Shown here: piece by piece, positions 9,679 to 17,764 of the stretch
Numbering within the stretch: position 1 is the first letter of the stretch
How the letters are laid out: every line of letters begins with the position of its first letter
Notes under the pieces: generated by a model
The model's input: only the letters and a program-made list of their open reading frames with translations
Told to the model about the DNA's origin: nothing
Databases searched by the model: none
Assembly: GCA_029934705.1 (NCBI GenBank)
Contig: JAOZLS010000001.1
Coordinates: 1 to 42,745 of the forward strand
From: Bacteroidales bacterium
GTDB lineage: Bacteria > Bacteroidota > Bacteroidia > Bacteroidales > JAADGE01
Direction: 5' to 3'
Length of the DNA stretch: 42,745 nucleotides
Translations under genes and position numbers: made by a program

Positions 9679-11724
9679 TTATTCTACTTGAAACTCTTTA
9701 TTTGATATCTTTTTATTCAAATCTGCTTCAATTATTTCTATTATTATAATAAAATCATCGGTAGTAATAATCTTTTTATTAGGTAGTTTCTTTTTCTTTG
9801 AACCAGGTATTTGTTTATAATTTTTTATTTCTATAGTTCGTATTACTTCATATTTGTTTTTCACAAACTTTAGTTCTTCAGACTTTACTTTTAATTTAGT
9901 CTTCTTATCATAATAATCATATTTTGCTCTTCCATAAGGATATTTTACAAATATTTTATAAAGAATGGTATCATTATTATTAACAACGCCTTTAAGTTCA
10001 ACTATTATACTATCGTTTACATAATATTCGAGTTCTGGGAATTGAAAACTTTCCGAAAGAAGTTTACTTCTATCCACATTTTCAAGAGCTAGCGTATCGC
10101 CATAGTTTATAGAAATAATATTTTTTCCATTTACAATATCTTTACGTAAAAATATTCGTTGTGTACTATCGGCAATGATATATGTTTCTGAAAGATATTT
10201 TTTTCCACTTCTTTCAATATTCCTCTCTAACTCATATTCAATATCATCAAGAATATATTTACCTCTTAGTTTTATTTCTTGACCTTTAACTGTTGGATAT
10301 TTTTCTGCATTTACTTCATCCAAAAACATTTTTATTATATCAAAAGCATTGAAACCATAAGGGATATAGTCTCTTTGTATTCCATCAACAAATGTTCTTG
10401 TTTCGGTAATTCCTGCAAGTTCCAATAGCTCATTTTCCAACTTAGGACTTTTACCTAACACTACAATCGTATATTTGTCGGTTCGCAAATAATTATCTAC
10501 TGCCGATTTTATATCCTTAGAGCTTAATTTCTTAATTTTTAAGGGGAAAGAAGAATAATAATTACTTGGTAAATTAAATTTATGTGTGTTAACCAGTAAT
10601 TTTGTAATAAAATCGAATGAATTAATAGATTTCATAAAGCTTTTTATGTAATCTTCCTTTGCAATGTCTAATTCAATTTGTGATATTTCTTCATTAAACA
10701 TCTTGTTTTTTTCTGCTATTATAACTTTTATAATTTCAGCCAAACTTTCTGGTTTTAAAACTACCGAAATAGATATTTCTGAATTATTTTCAAAATTCTC
10801 GTACCTAAAAAAAATAAACTCAGCTATTTTTTTATCTACAAAAAGAGTTGAATATAAGCGTCCGCTCTTATATCGCCCCATTATATTGTTTATTAACTGA
10901 CTAGCCACAAAAGTTTTATCTCCTGGCTGTAAATCCACAGGATACATAAGGTTCATATAAGTATTTTTACCTATAATTTGCTCTTCTGTTTCATGAAAAA
11001 ATATAACTGAATGCTTGGGTAAGGACGGAGTCTTAAATTTATCTGTATTTTTAATTGGGGTTTTTAGCTGGGCAAAATATTTTTCGGTTTTCATTTTAAG
11101 AGAATCAAAGTCTATATTGCCCATTACTATAATGTATTTAGGCGAATTAAGATATACTTCATTATAATATTTTTGGCAATCTTGTAACGAAATATTCTTC
11201 ATTTTTTTTAATTCATGCTGTTCTCCTAATGGGTGATTATTTCCATAAAAAGCATTTTGTGTTTTATTTATAATATACTTATTAGGCGAAATATTAGGAG
11301 GAAATAAGTTTTTAGTTACTTTATTTTTTATTGTATTATAATTATTTGACTTAAACCTAGTACTAAAAATTATATTCGATAAATACTTGTATAAAGTATC
11401 TATCGAATTATTATAAATTGCTGATATTTCATTTTTTGCTACACTAAATTTTATTTTTGAAGAAGTAAAACTATTTGCCTCATTTAAAAGCAGTTTAGGC
11501 AAAATATCAGCAACTCCTTTTTTATTTTTCAAAAGACTTTGCGGTACATCAAAAACTATTTTACAGTATGTTTGAGTATCCACATTATTTTTAATATAAA
11601 TAAGTGTATAAGCTTCTTCTTCATGTAATTCATAATTCTGAATAGCAGTAAGCATAGACTTTTCTTGGGAAAATCCGTTATATGCAAAAACAATAAACAT
11701 CAATATTATTCCTATTCTTTTCAT
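9679..11724 (-). CDS. Secreted M16 (pitrilysin/insulinase)-like protein, predicted catalytically inactive, with a C-terminal extension
   Basis: Signal peptide MKRIGIILMFIVFAYNGFS. M16_C-like segment YYNEVYLNSPKYIIVMGNIDFDSLKMKTEKYF. The position expected for G-x-A-H-x-x-E-H reads GVADILPKL (nt 11491-11517), and there is no HxxEH anywhere in the protein. Confidence 0.55.
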   Translation of the reverse strand: MKRIGIILMFIVFAYNGFSQEKSMLTAIQNYELHEEEAYTLIYIKNNVDTQTYCKIVFDVPQSLLKNKKGVADILPKLLLNEANSFTSSKIKFSVAKNEISAIYNNSIDTLYKYLSNIIFSTRFKSNNYNTIKNKVTKNLFPPNISPNKYIINKTQNAFYGNNHPLGEQHELKKMKNISLQDCQKYYNEVYLNSPKYIIVMGNIDFDSLKMKTEKYFAQLKTPIKNTDKFKTPSLPKHSVIFFHETEEQIIGKNTYMNLMYPVDLQPGDKTFVASQLINNIMGRYKSGRLYSTLFVDKKIAEFIFFRYENFENNSEISISVVLKPESLAEIIKVIIAEKNKMFNEEISQIELDIAKEDYIKSFMKSINSFDFITKLLVNTHKFNLPSNYYSSFPLKIKKLSSKDIKSAVDNYLRTDKYTIVVLGKSPKLENELLELAGITETRTFVDGIQRDYIPYGFNAFDIIKMFLDEVNAEKYPTVKGQEIKLRGKYILDDIEYELERNIERSGKKYLSETYIIADSTQRIFLRKDIVNGKNIISINYGDTLALENVDRSKLLSESFQFPELEYYVNDSIIVELKGVVNNNDTILYKIFVKYPYGRAKYDYYDKKTKLKVKSEELKFVKNKYEVIRTIEIKNYKQIPGSKKKKLPNKKIITTDDFIIIIEIIEADLNKKISNKEFQVE

Positions 11725-11796
11725 TTGAAATTACTCTAAGTATCTTTTAAACATTAGCACTATTATAAACGAAATTTATTAGTGTATTTTAGGTTT

Positions 11797-12885
11797 TTAT
11801 TTTTTATTTTTTTGTAATACTCTATTTATCATTTCTACTCGTTTTTTTAATTCTGCTGTTGTTGGAAAAAATTGTTTTAACTCTTCTGGTAGCTGCTTTG
11901 TCAAACTGTATGTTGCAATCCCTATTGGCTTGTTTATATCTTGCAGGGCAAATTCAACGGTTGTTCTACTTTTACTTTTACAAATAATAATTCCTATACT
12001 CGGTTTTTCGTGTTTTTTCTTAATTGTTTTATTAAGAAGTGATAAATAGAAATTCATTTTACCTGCATATTCTGGTATAAACTCTGTTACTTTTAATTCT
12101 ATAGCTACTAGTGCTTGTAATTCCCTGTGAAATAGCAATAAATCTATTTTATAGTCTTTATCATTTAAGTTTACAACAAATTGATTACCCACAAAGGTAA
12201 AATCCCCTCCCATTTCAATTAAAAACTTACGGATATTTCTTAAAATAGCTTGTTCTAACTGATATTCAGAATGTTCATTACTTAATTCCAAAAAATCAAA
12301 AGTGTAATCATCTTTTAATGATAACATAGCATTGCTTTGTTCCTCTATATGTATTGTTTCACTAAAATTATTTTGATTAATTATTGTTTTTTGAAATGTT
12401 TTATTTTCTATTTGATGGATTAAAACATTTTTTGTCCATCCATTATTATGAGCTTGTAATATATAAAAAAAACGCTCGTTTACATCTTTGCATTTTTCAA
12501 TTATTATATAATTATGTGTCCAAGCAATAAATGTAAGAACCTTAGGCATAACGTCTTTATTTGAATTTTTCAATTCTCCCACTATTGGTGGGAGAATTGT
12601 ATCTTGTGTGTATGCCAAATAAAATGCACGCATACGCCAAAGATTTGTTGCAGAAAGTCCTTTTGTCCCTTCAAATTCTTTTTGCAAATCTTTAGCAAGT
12701 AGTTCAACTACTGATTTACCCCACGAATATTGTTGCTGTTTACTTACAATTATTTTTCCTAAATCCCAATAAAGTAACAGTTGCTGTGTATTTACAGCAT
12801 TTATAGCTACCGATTGTCCCAACCTTACTCGTTCACTTATCGTTTTTATTAATTGCTTATATTCATTTGTTTTTTCGACTTTCAT
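11797..12885 (-). CDS. PD-(D/E)XK nuclease family protein, YhcG / DUF1016-like
   Basis: The N-terminal region (LLLYWDLGKIIVSKQQQYSWGKSVVELLAKDLQKEF...LWRMRAFYLAY) is typical of DUF1016. The C-terminal nuclease core is DLLLFHRELQALVAIELKV (D...E-x-K). Confidence 0.8.
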   Translation of the reverse strand: MKVEKTNEYKQLIKTISERVRLGQSVAINAVNTQQLLLYWDLGKIIVSKQQQYSWGKSVVELLAKDLQKEFEGTKGLSATNLWRMRAFYLAYTQDTILPPIVGELKNSNKDVMPKVLTFIAWTHNYIIIEKCKDVNERFFYILQAHNNGWTKNVLIHQIENKTFQKTIINQNNFSETIHIEEQSNAMLSLKDDYTFDFLELSNEHSEYQLEQAILRNIRKFLIEMGGDFTFVGNQFVVNLNDKDYKIDLLLFHRELQALVAIELKVTEFIPEYAGKMNFYLSLLNKTIKKKHEKPSIGIIICKSKSRTTVEFALQDINKPIGIATYSLTKQLPEELKQFFPTTAELKKRVEMINRVLQKNKK

Positions 12886-12901
12886 AATTAAAATCGTTTT
12901 A

Positions 12902-12914
12902 AGGTCTAAGACCT
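12902..12914. promoter_or_regulatory. 13-bp perfect palindrome aggtct-a-agacct just upstream of the DUF1016 gene
   Basis: Read directly from the sequence. It lies 17 nt upstream of ATG 12885. Its function is unknown, and an operator role is only a guess. Confidence 0.25.
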
Positions 12915-13046
12915 ATTTAATGTTGCTTACGCACTTGTGCAAAATTTAATTAATCAGCGTTTTACAAATATGCAAATATGATAAAACTTTTTTAAGACGA
13001 CTTATATCTCTTGATAGTAATAGTTAAGCATCAGAATAAAGTTACT

Positions 13047-14777
13047 CTATTTCTTATAATCCTTAATAACTTTAACTATTTTATTATTAGAGTATATAAC
13101 TTTATAAACAACCTCCCCTGCTCTATCATATCGCGTTAATTTACCTTCTCTTGCTCCATATTTATAATTACTTTCTTCGGCAATAGTTCCATAATCGTTC
13201 CATATTTTCAATTTCCCATGGCGTGTACCTCTCATAAAAGTTTCTTCTCTAAGCTTTTGTCCTATTCTATTATATACTAACCACTTGCCATCTTTTATTC
13301 CTGAAATATAATTTCCTGAAATATTTACAGTCCCATCCTTATGATATGTTTCGTATTTTAAATCATACCGCCCTTTACTATACGATACTTCTTGTTGTTT
13401 AATTCCTGTTTCAAAATAATAAACTGCTTTACCTTCTTTTATGTTATTAATATAAGATGTTTCATATTTTGGTTTTCCGCTTTTGTAAAAACCAAGCCAT
13501 TTACCATTCATTTTGCCTTCTACAAACTCTCCTTTCATTTCTGTTTGCCCATTTAAGTACCACGATTCCCAAATACCACTCTCTTTCCCTTTCTTATAAA
13601 CTCCTTTATAATAGACATTTCCATTTTCATAGTATATAATCCACTCTCCTTCTTTCAAACCATTTTCAAAATTCCCTTTTTTCCATACTTTCCCGTTAGG
13701 ATACCAATATGTCCACTCGCCTGTCATTTTACCATTCAAATAATTTCCTTCATTTCCTTTTGAAATGACTTCTTTATTATTAAATGTATCAACTTGCCAG
13801 TAAGTCCATTGCCCACTCATAACATCCTTATCAAAGTTTCCAAGAATATCATTTTCGCCATTTAATCTATACCATTTTGCTTTACCATGCTTTAAATCGT
13901 CTTTATAATTTATCAAAGTAAGCAAAACTCCTTTTTCTGAATAAATTTTATGCGTTTTTTGTCGTAAATCTAACGAATAACTACCAACTCGTTTAATATT
14001 ACCATTCGCAAACCAAAATTTCCACTCTCCCTCTTTTTTTCCATTTAAAACATTGCCCTTCATTTCTTTATGCCCATTTTCATAAAAAGAAACATTTTCT
14101 CCTTTTTCTAAATTTTCTATTTTTAAATCCTGCCCACTTTTATATTTATAAATCCATGTGCCCTTCTTTTCGCCTTTAATATAATTTCCTACCGAATAAA
14201 GCTCACCTGAATTATAATAAGTTTTCCATAGTGAGTCTTGAAGCTCATTTTTATATTTTCCTATTGCTAGCAAATTCTTGTTTTCTGAAAACTCTTTATA
14301 AAGTCCATTACCAGCATTAATTATAGTATCTCCTTTTGCCGAAAAGAAATATTGCAAGTGCTTATTCCCTTTTTCATAATTCTCTATAAATTTTAGTTTA
14401 TTATTTAGATAGAATTCATTCCAAACACTGTCTTTAACACCATTTTTATACTGACCTGTAATTTTCACAGAGCCATCTCTAAACCATTCAGTATATTCTC
14501 CATACTGCTTATTATATTTTATATGTCCCTCATTTTTTTTATTTCCGTTAGAATAAAAATAAGTAACAATCCCTCTTACTTTACCTTGATAATACTCAGT
14601 TTCTCTATAAAGTTTACCCTCTTTATTCCAAAATTTCCAGAGTCCATGCTCTAAACCTCCATCCATTATGCCCTCCTGCTTTTTATTTTTATTTTCCCAA
14701 TAAAAAGTTTTTACTTCTTGTGCATTTAACACAATTTGACTAGAAACAAGCAATATTAAAACAACTAATGATTTCAT
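13047..14777 (-). CDS. Secreted MORN-variant repeat protein (family often auto-annotated as YwqK-like)
   Basis: Signal peptide MKSLVVLILLVSSQIVLNA. About 19 units of G-x-W-x-x-[WY]-[YF]-x-N-G are recognisable by eye (GEWKFWFANG, GEWTYWYPNG, GEWIIYYENG and others). Confidence 0.8.
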   Translation of the reverse strand: MKSLVVLILLVSSQIVLNAQEVKTFYWENKNKKQEGIMDGGLEHGLWKFWNKEGKLYRETEYYQGKVRGIVTYFYSNGNKKNEGHIKYNKQYGEYTEWFRDGSVKITGQYKNGVKDSVWNEFYLNNKLKFIENYEKGNKHLQYFFSAKGDTIINAGNGLYKEFSENKNLLAIGKYKNELQDSLWKTYYNSGELYSVGNYIKGEKKGTWIYKYKSGQDLKIENLEKGENVSFYENGHKEMKGNVLNGKKEGEWKFWFANGNIKRVGSYSLDLRQKTHKIYSEKGVLLTLINYKDDLKHGKAKWYRLNGENDILGNFDKDVMSGQWTYWQVDTFNNKEVISKGNEGNYLNGKMTGEWTYWYPNGKVWKKGNFENGLKEGEWIIYYENGNVYYKGVYKKGKESGIWESWYLNGQTEMKGEFVEGKMNGKWLGFYKSGKPKYETSYINNIKEGKAVYYFETGIKQQEVSYSKGRYDLKYETYHKDGTVNISGNYISGIKDGKWLVYNRIGQKLREETFMRGTRHGKLKIWNDYGTIAEESNYKYGAREGKLTRYDRAGEVVYKVIYSNNKIVKVIKDYKK

Positions 14778-14959
14778 TTATTTATTTTTTAATTTATTTT
14801 TAGATAAAAATGGCAATACTTACATCCACATAGCTTAATACATGAATGCTTTAATTTACAATCCACAAATTTAAGCAAAATTACATAAAATTAAAACGGA
14901 ACAATAATTGTATTATTAAAAAAAAATAAAGAAATTGCGTATTTATTTCAAAAATTAAT

Positions 14960-14967
14960 TATTTTTG
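14960..14967 (+). promoter_or_regulatory. -7 box TAttTTTG for the mini-protein/exosortase operon
   Basis: Exact TAnnTTTG match ending 10 nt upstream of ATG 14978. A second in-frame ATG lies at 14990. Confidence 0.45.
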
Positions 14968-14977
14968 CATCTTATCA

Positions 14978-15184
14978 ATGATATTAACCATGGGAAAATT
15001 TACATTTATTTTAATATTAATAACATCATTTATTTTTATTCCGTTATTTATTACAACGGCATTAGGGCAACCACCACCACCGCCACCACAGGATATTCCT
15101 ATTGACGGGGGGCTTAGTTTGCTTATTGCAGCTGGTATTGCTTTTGGTGCAAAAAAAATACATAGCGCTCAAAAAGAAAAATAA
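14978..15184 (+). CDS. Mini-protein with signal peptide, poly-Pro stub and PEP-CTERM-like sorting tail (P-I-D-G-G, TM helix, KK); putative exosortase substrate
   Basis: MGKFTFILILITSFIFIPLFITTALG | QPPPPPPQD-IPIDGG-LSLLIAAGIAFGA-KKIHSAQKEK. It has its own -7 box and lies 26 nt upstream of the exosortase gene on the same strand. The GC-rich Pro codons stand out from the AT-rich background. Confidence 0.6.
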   Translation: MILTMGKFTFILILITSFIFIPLFITTALGQPPPPPPQDIPIDGGLSLLIAAGIAFGAKKIHSAQKEK

Positions 15185-15210
15185 TCTTTTTCCTTTATTA
15201 GGATAATTAC

Positions 15211-15792
15211 ATGATAAATTTTCTAAAAAAAATATTAGACGAGGTCAAAATTAAATATTGGCTTCGTTTTATTGTAAATGCAATTTTGTTATTTATTACA
15301 TTTATTGTATTCTACTTTATACTTCGGGAAATTGAATATGTAGATGTATTATACGTCGATGGACTCAATTTGTTTGCAAAGCTTCTTTTATTTTTATCAG
15401 AACAATTCACCGAATTATTTGGCTACGAAGTTGTTACTTATGGTAAAACCATTAGAATAATTGATGATTTTAGAGCTTCAGGAATTCACCTTGATCGTGG
15501 GTGCATGGGTAGAAATGTACTTATTGGTTATGCAGGTCTTATACTTGCAACCCCTGGCATGTTCTACAAAAAACTCTGGTATATTCCTATGGGAATGACT
15601 ATTTTAACCTTCATTAATGTACTACGAATTTCAGGTTTAGCAATAACAGCATACTGTTGTCCACAATATAGCGATGTAAATCATTACTTTATTTTTAAAA
15701 CATTTGCTTGGGCAGCGATATTTATTCTTTGGACTATTTGGTTTAATAAATTTGTTTTAAAAGCTGGCTTAAACGCTAAAAAGAAAGACTAA
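15211..15792 (+). CDS. xrtF: Exosortase-family integral membrane protein, XrtF-like
   Basis: 193 aa and polytopic. The exosortase signature contexts are HLDRGCMGRN (Cys98, nt 15502-15504), FINVLRISG (Arg139) and VNHYF (His158). The C-terminal ILWTIWFNKF matches what I recall from flavobacterial XrtF sequences. Confidence 0.7.
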   Translation: MINFLKKILDEVKIKYWLRFIVNAILLFITFIVFYFILREIEYVDVLYVDGLNLFAKLLLFLSEQFTELFGYEVVTYGKTIRIIDDFRASGIHLDRGCMGRNVLIGYAGLILATPGMFYKKLWYIPMGMTILTFINVLRISGLAITAYCCPQYSDVNHYFIFKTFAWAAIFILWTIWFNKFVLKAGLNAKKKD

Positions 15793-16573
15793 CATTATAT
15801 CCTCCATGTTTCCTCACATTAAACACTCTATCATTATCAAAAATTAAATACTGACCTTTTATACCTATTAATATACCCGAGAATTCATTTTCCTTATCAA
15901 AATTAACTGTTTTTACTTTTTCAGGAAATGTAGATACCGGATATTTAATCTTATAAAGCTCGTCTTCCTTAACAAAATACTCAATATACTTTGGATTTAT
16001 TAATTCTCCTGCTTCCTTTTTTTCATTTAAAATATCAATTCCTAAACTTAACTGATTACTAAGCATCTTATTAATATTAGTTTTATCTGAAAAATATTGT
16101 TTTAAATCGACCTCTATAACTCCTGCTAAATGTCTATTTGGTGTTTTTGCTATTATTACTGTCTCGGTAGCCCCTTGATCAATCCAGCGTGTTGGTACTT
16201 GTGTCGAACGTGTTACTCCAACTTTTAATCCACCCGTAAAAGCCAAATAAACAACATGCTCTGTCAAACAATTTTCTTCAGACCATTTCATATCACGAGC
16301 TTTTCCTAAATGAGCTTCGCAAAGTTCGGGTCGCAAAATACACTCAGCCGTTTCCGGCGATGTAGAAAAACAATTATAACAATTTCCTTGAAAAAAAGAT
16401 TTTCTTGTTTTAGCTCCACACTTTAAACAGTAGATATTACCAAGCCATTTCAGTTTAATCTCTTTTCCTATCAAATTATTAACAATAATATTACTGTCCC
16501 CTATTGGCAATTTATACTCTACAACATCCAATAAATTAGTCTGCATTTTTGATATTACTCCTATGTATTCCAT
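15776..16573 (-). CDS. DUF2797-like zinc-ribbon protein
   Basis: Cys clusters CLKCGAKT...GNCYNCF...ECILRPELCEAH, then LKVGVTRSTQVPTRWIDQGA. The 3' end overlaps the xrtF 3' end by 17 nt in convergent orientation. Confidence 0.65.
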   Translation of the reverse strand: MEYIGVISKMQTNLLDVVEYKLPIGDSNIIVNNLIGKEIKLKWLGNIYCLKCGAKTRKSFFQGNCYNCFSTSPETAECILRPELCEAHLGKARDMKWSEENCLTEHVVYLAFTGGLKVGVTRSTQVPTRWIDQGATETVIIAKTPNRHLAGVIEVDLKQYFSDKTNINKMLSNQLSLGIDILNEKKEAGELINPKYIEYFVKEDELYKIKYPVSTFPEKVKTVNFDKENEFSGILIGIKGQYLIFDNDRVFNVRKHGGYNVSLSF

Positions 16574-16708
16574 CTTTTTGTTTTATTTCAAAAATAAATA
16601 TTTTTTTCATATATAAAAACACAGCTGATTATAAGCTAATTACAAAACATTATTTCGCTATTCTAAAAATAACACTACTTTGTTATACATACTACCATAT
16701 TTTATATA

Positions 16709-16716
16709 TATCTTTG
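16709..16716 (+). promoter_or_regulatory. -7 box TAtcTTTG
   Basis: Exact TAnnTTTG match ending 21 nt upstream of ATG 16738. Confidence 0.45.
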
Positions 16717-16737
16717 TAAAAACAAATACTTATAACG

Positions 16738-17274
16738 ATGGAAAAAATTAGCACTATAAAAATTGACGGTAAAAGTTTTAAACTAACAGAGTCGGCGTAC
16801 AACTTACTAAAGGACTACGATCATTTTATACGAAAGAACATATCGGATCCTAGTAAGATACTTGATATTGAGGTACAGATGGCAGTTATTTTACAAACTG
16901 GCGAAAATATGGAAAGCCTTATAGTAGAAATAAAAAATATTGAAGAAGCAATAAATTTAATTGAAATAAATGAAAATGTTGGTTTTAAACCTTCTTCAAA
17001 ATCTAAAAAATCTACAAAAAGGCGGAGTAAGATAAGAAAGCCAAGACCTAAAAAAACAGAAAAATATTACAGAGATAGAGAAAATAGCGTTTTAGGTGGA
17101 GTATGTTCTGGTATTTCAGCATATTTAGGAATTGATGCAGTAATAATAAGAGTAATTTTTATTGTAGCCTTTGCTTTTTTCCGTCCAATAATAGTTTTAT
17201 ACATTCTATTATGGGTATTTTTCCCTGCTAGTCCTAAAAACGGAGGAACAATAATAAACAAAAAGGGAAACTAA
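16738..17274 (+). CDS. PspC domain-containing membrane protein (short form)
   Basis: YRDRENSVLGGVCSGISAYLGIDAVIIRVIFIVAF is the PspC domain. It is preceded by a highly basic linker and a soluble N-terminal module. Confidence 0.85.
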   Translation: MEKISTIKIDGKSFKLTESAYNLLKDYDHFIRKNISDPSKILDIEVQMAVILQTGENMESLIVEIKNIEEAINLIEINENVGFKPSSKSKKSTKRRSKIRKPRPKKTEKYYRDRENSVLGGVCSGISAYLGIDAVIIRVIFIVAFAFFRPIIVLYILLWVFFPASPKNGGTIINKKGN

Positions 17275-17342
17275 TAACTTCTCCTTACAAAAGCATATAA
17301 ATTATATAAAATAGATTTCTACAATACGAAAACACTAAAGAT

Positions 17343-17711
17343 ATGGATATAGCAAACGCCACAGCACAAATGCGAAAAGGAATTCTTGAATTTTGTATTT
17401 TATCGATACTATCAAGAAACGATGCTTATGCTTCAGACTTAATAAAAGAGCTTAAAAGTGTAGATTTAATAATTGTTGAAGGAACATTATACCCACTTCT
17501 AACAAGACAAAAAAACTATGGTTTACTAAGTTACAGGTGGGAAGAATCATTAAAAGGACCACCTAGAAAATATTATAGACTTACAGACGAAGGTTCAATG
17601 TTCTTGGAAAAATTGGATTTATCGTGGGAAAAGCTTACCGAATCGGTAAACGAGATAAGAAATGCAAGTAGGGACGCCATAAACACGGACGATTTGAATG
17701 ATACAGTTTAA
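17343..17711 (+). CDS. PadR-family transcriptional regulator
   Basis: GILEFCILSILSRNDAYASDLIKEL...GTLYPLLTRQKNYGLLSYRWEES...PPRKYYRLTDEG. Confidence 0.9.
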   Translation: MDIANATAQMRKGILEFCILSILSRNDAYASDLIKELKSVDLIIVEGTLYPLLTRQKNYGLLSYRWEESLKGPPRKYYRLTDEGSMFLEKLDLSWEKLTESVNEIRNASRDAINTDDLNDTV

Positions 17712-17764
17712 TAAAATATCAAAATCAGAAAGAAGAAAACTTTTAAATAGTTAAAAAAAGACAA

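Noticed and set aside
13047-14777. Toxin-antitoxin interpretation of the MORN-repeat ('YwqK antitoxin'-like) gene
   Set aside because: The protein has a signal peptide, is 576 aa long and has no adjacent toxin gene. The antitoxin label is an annotation artefact of the repeat family.
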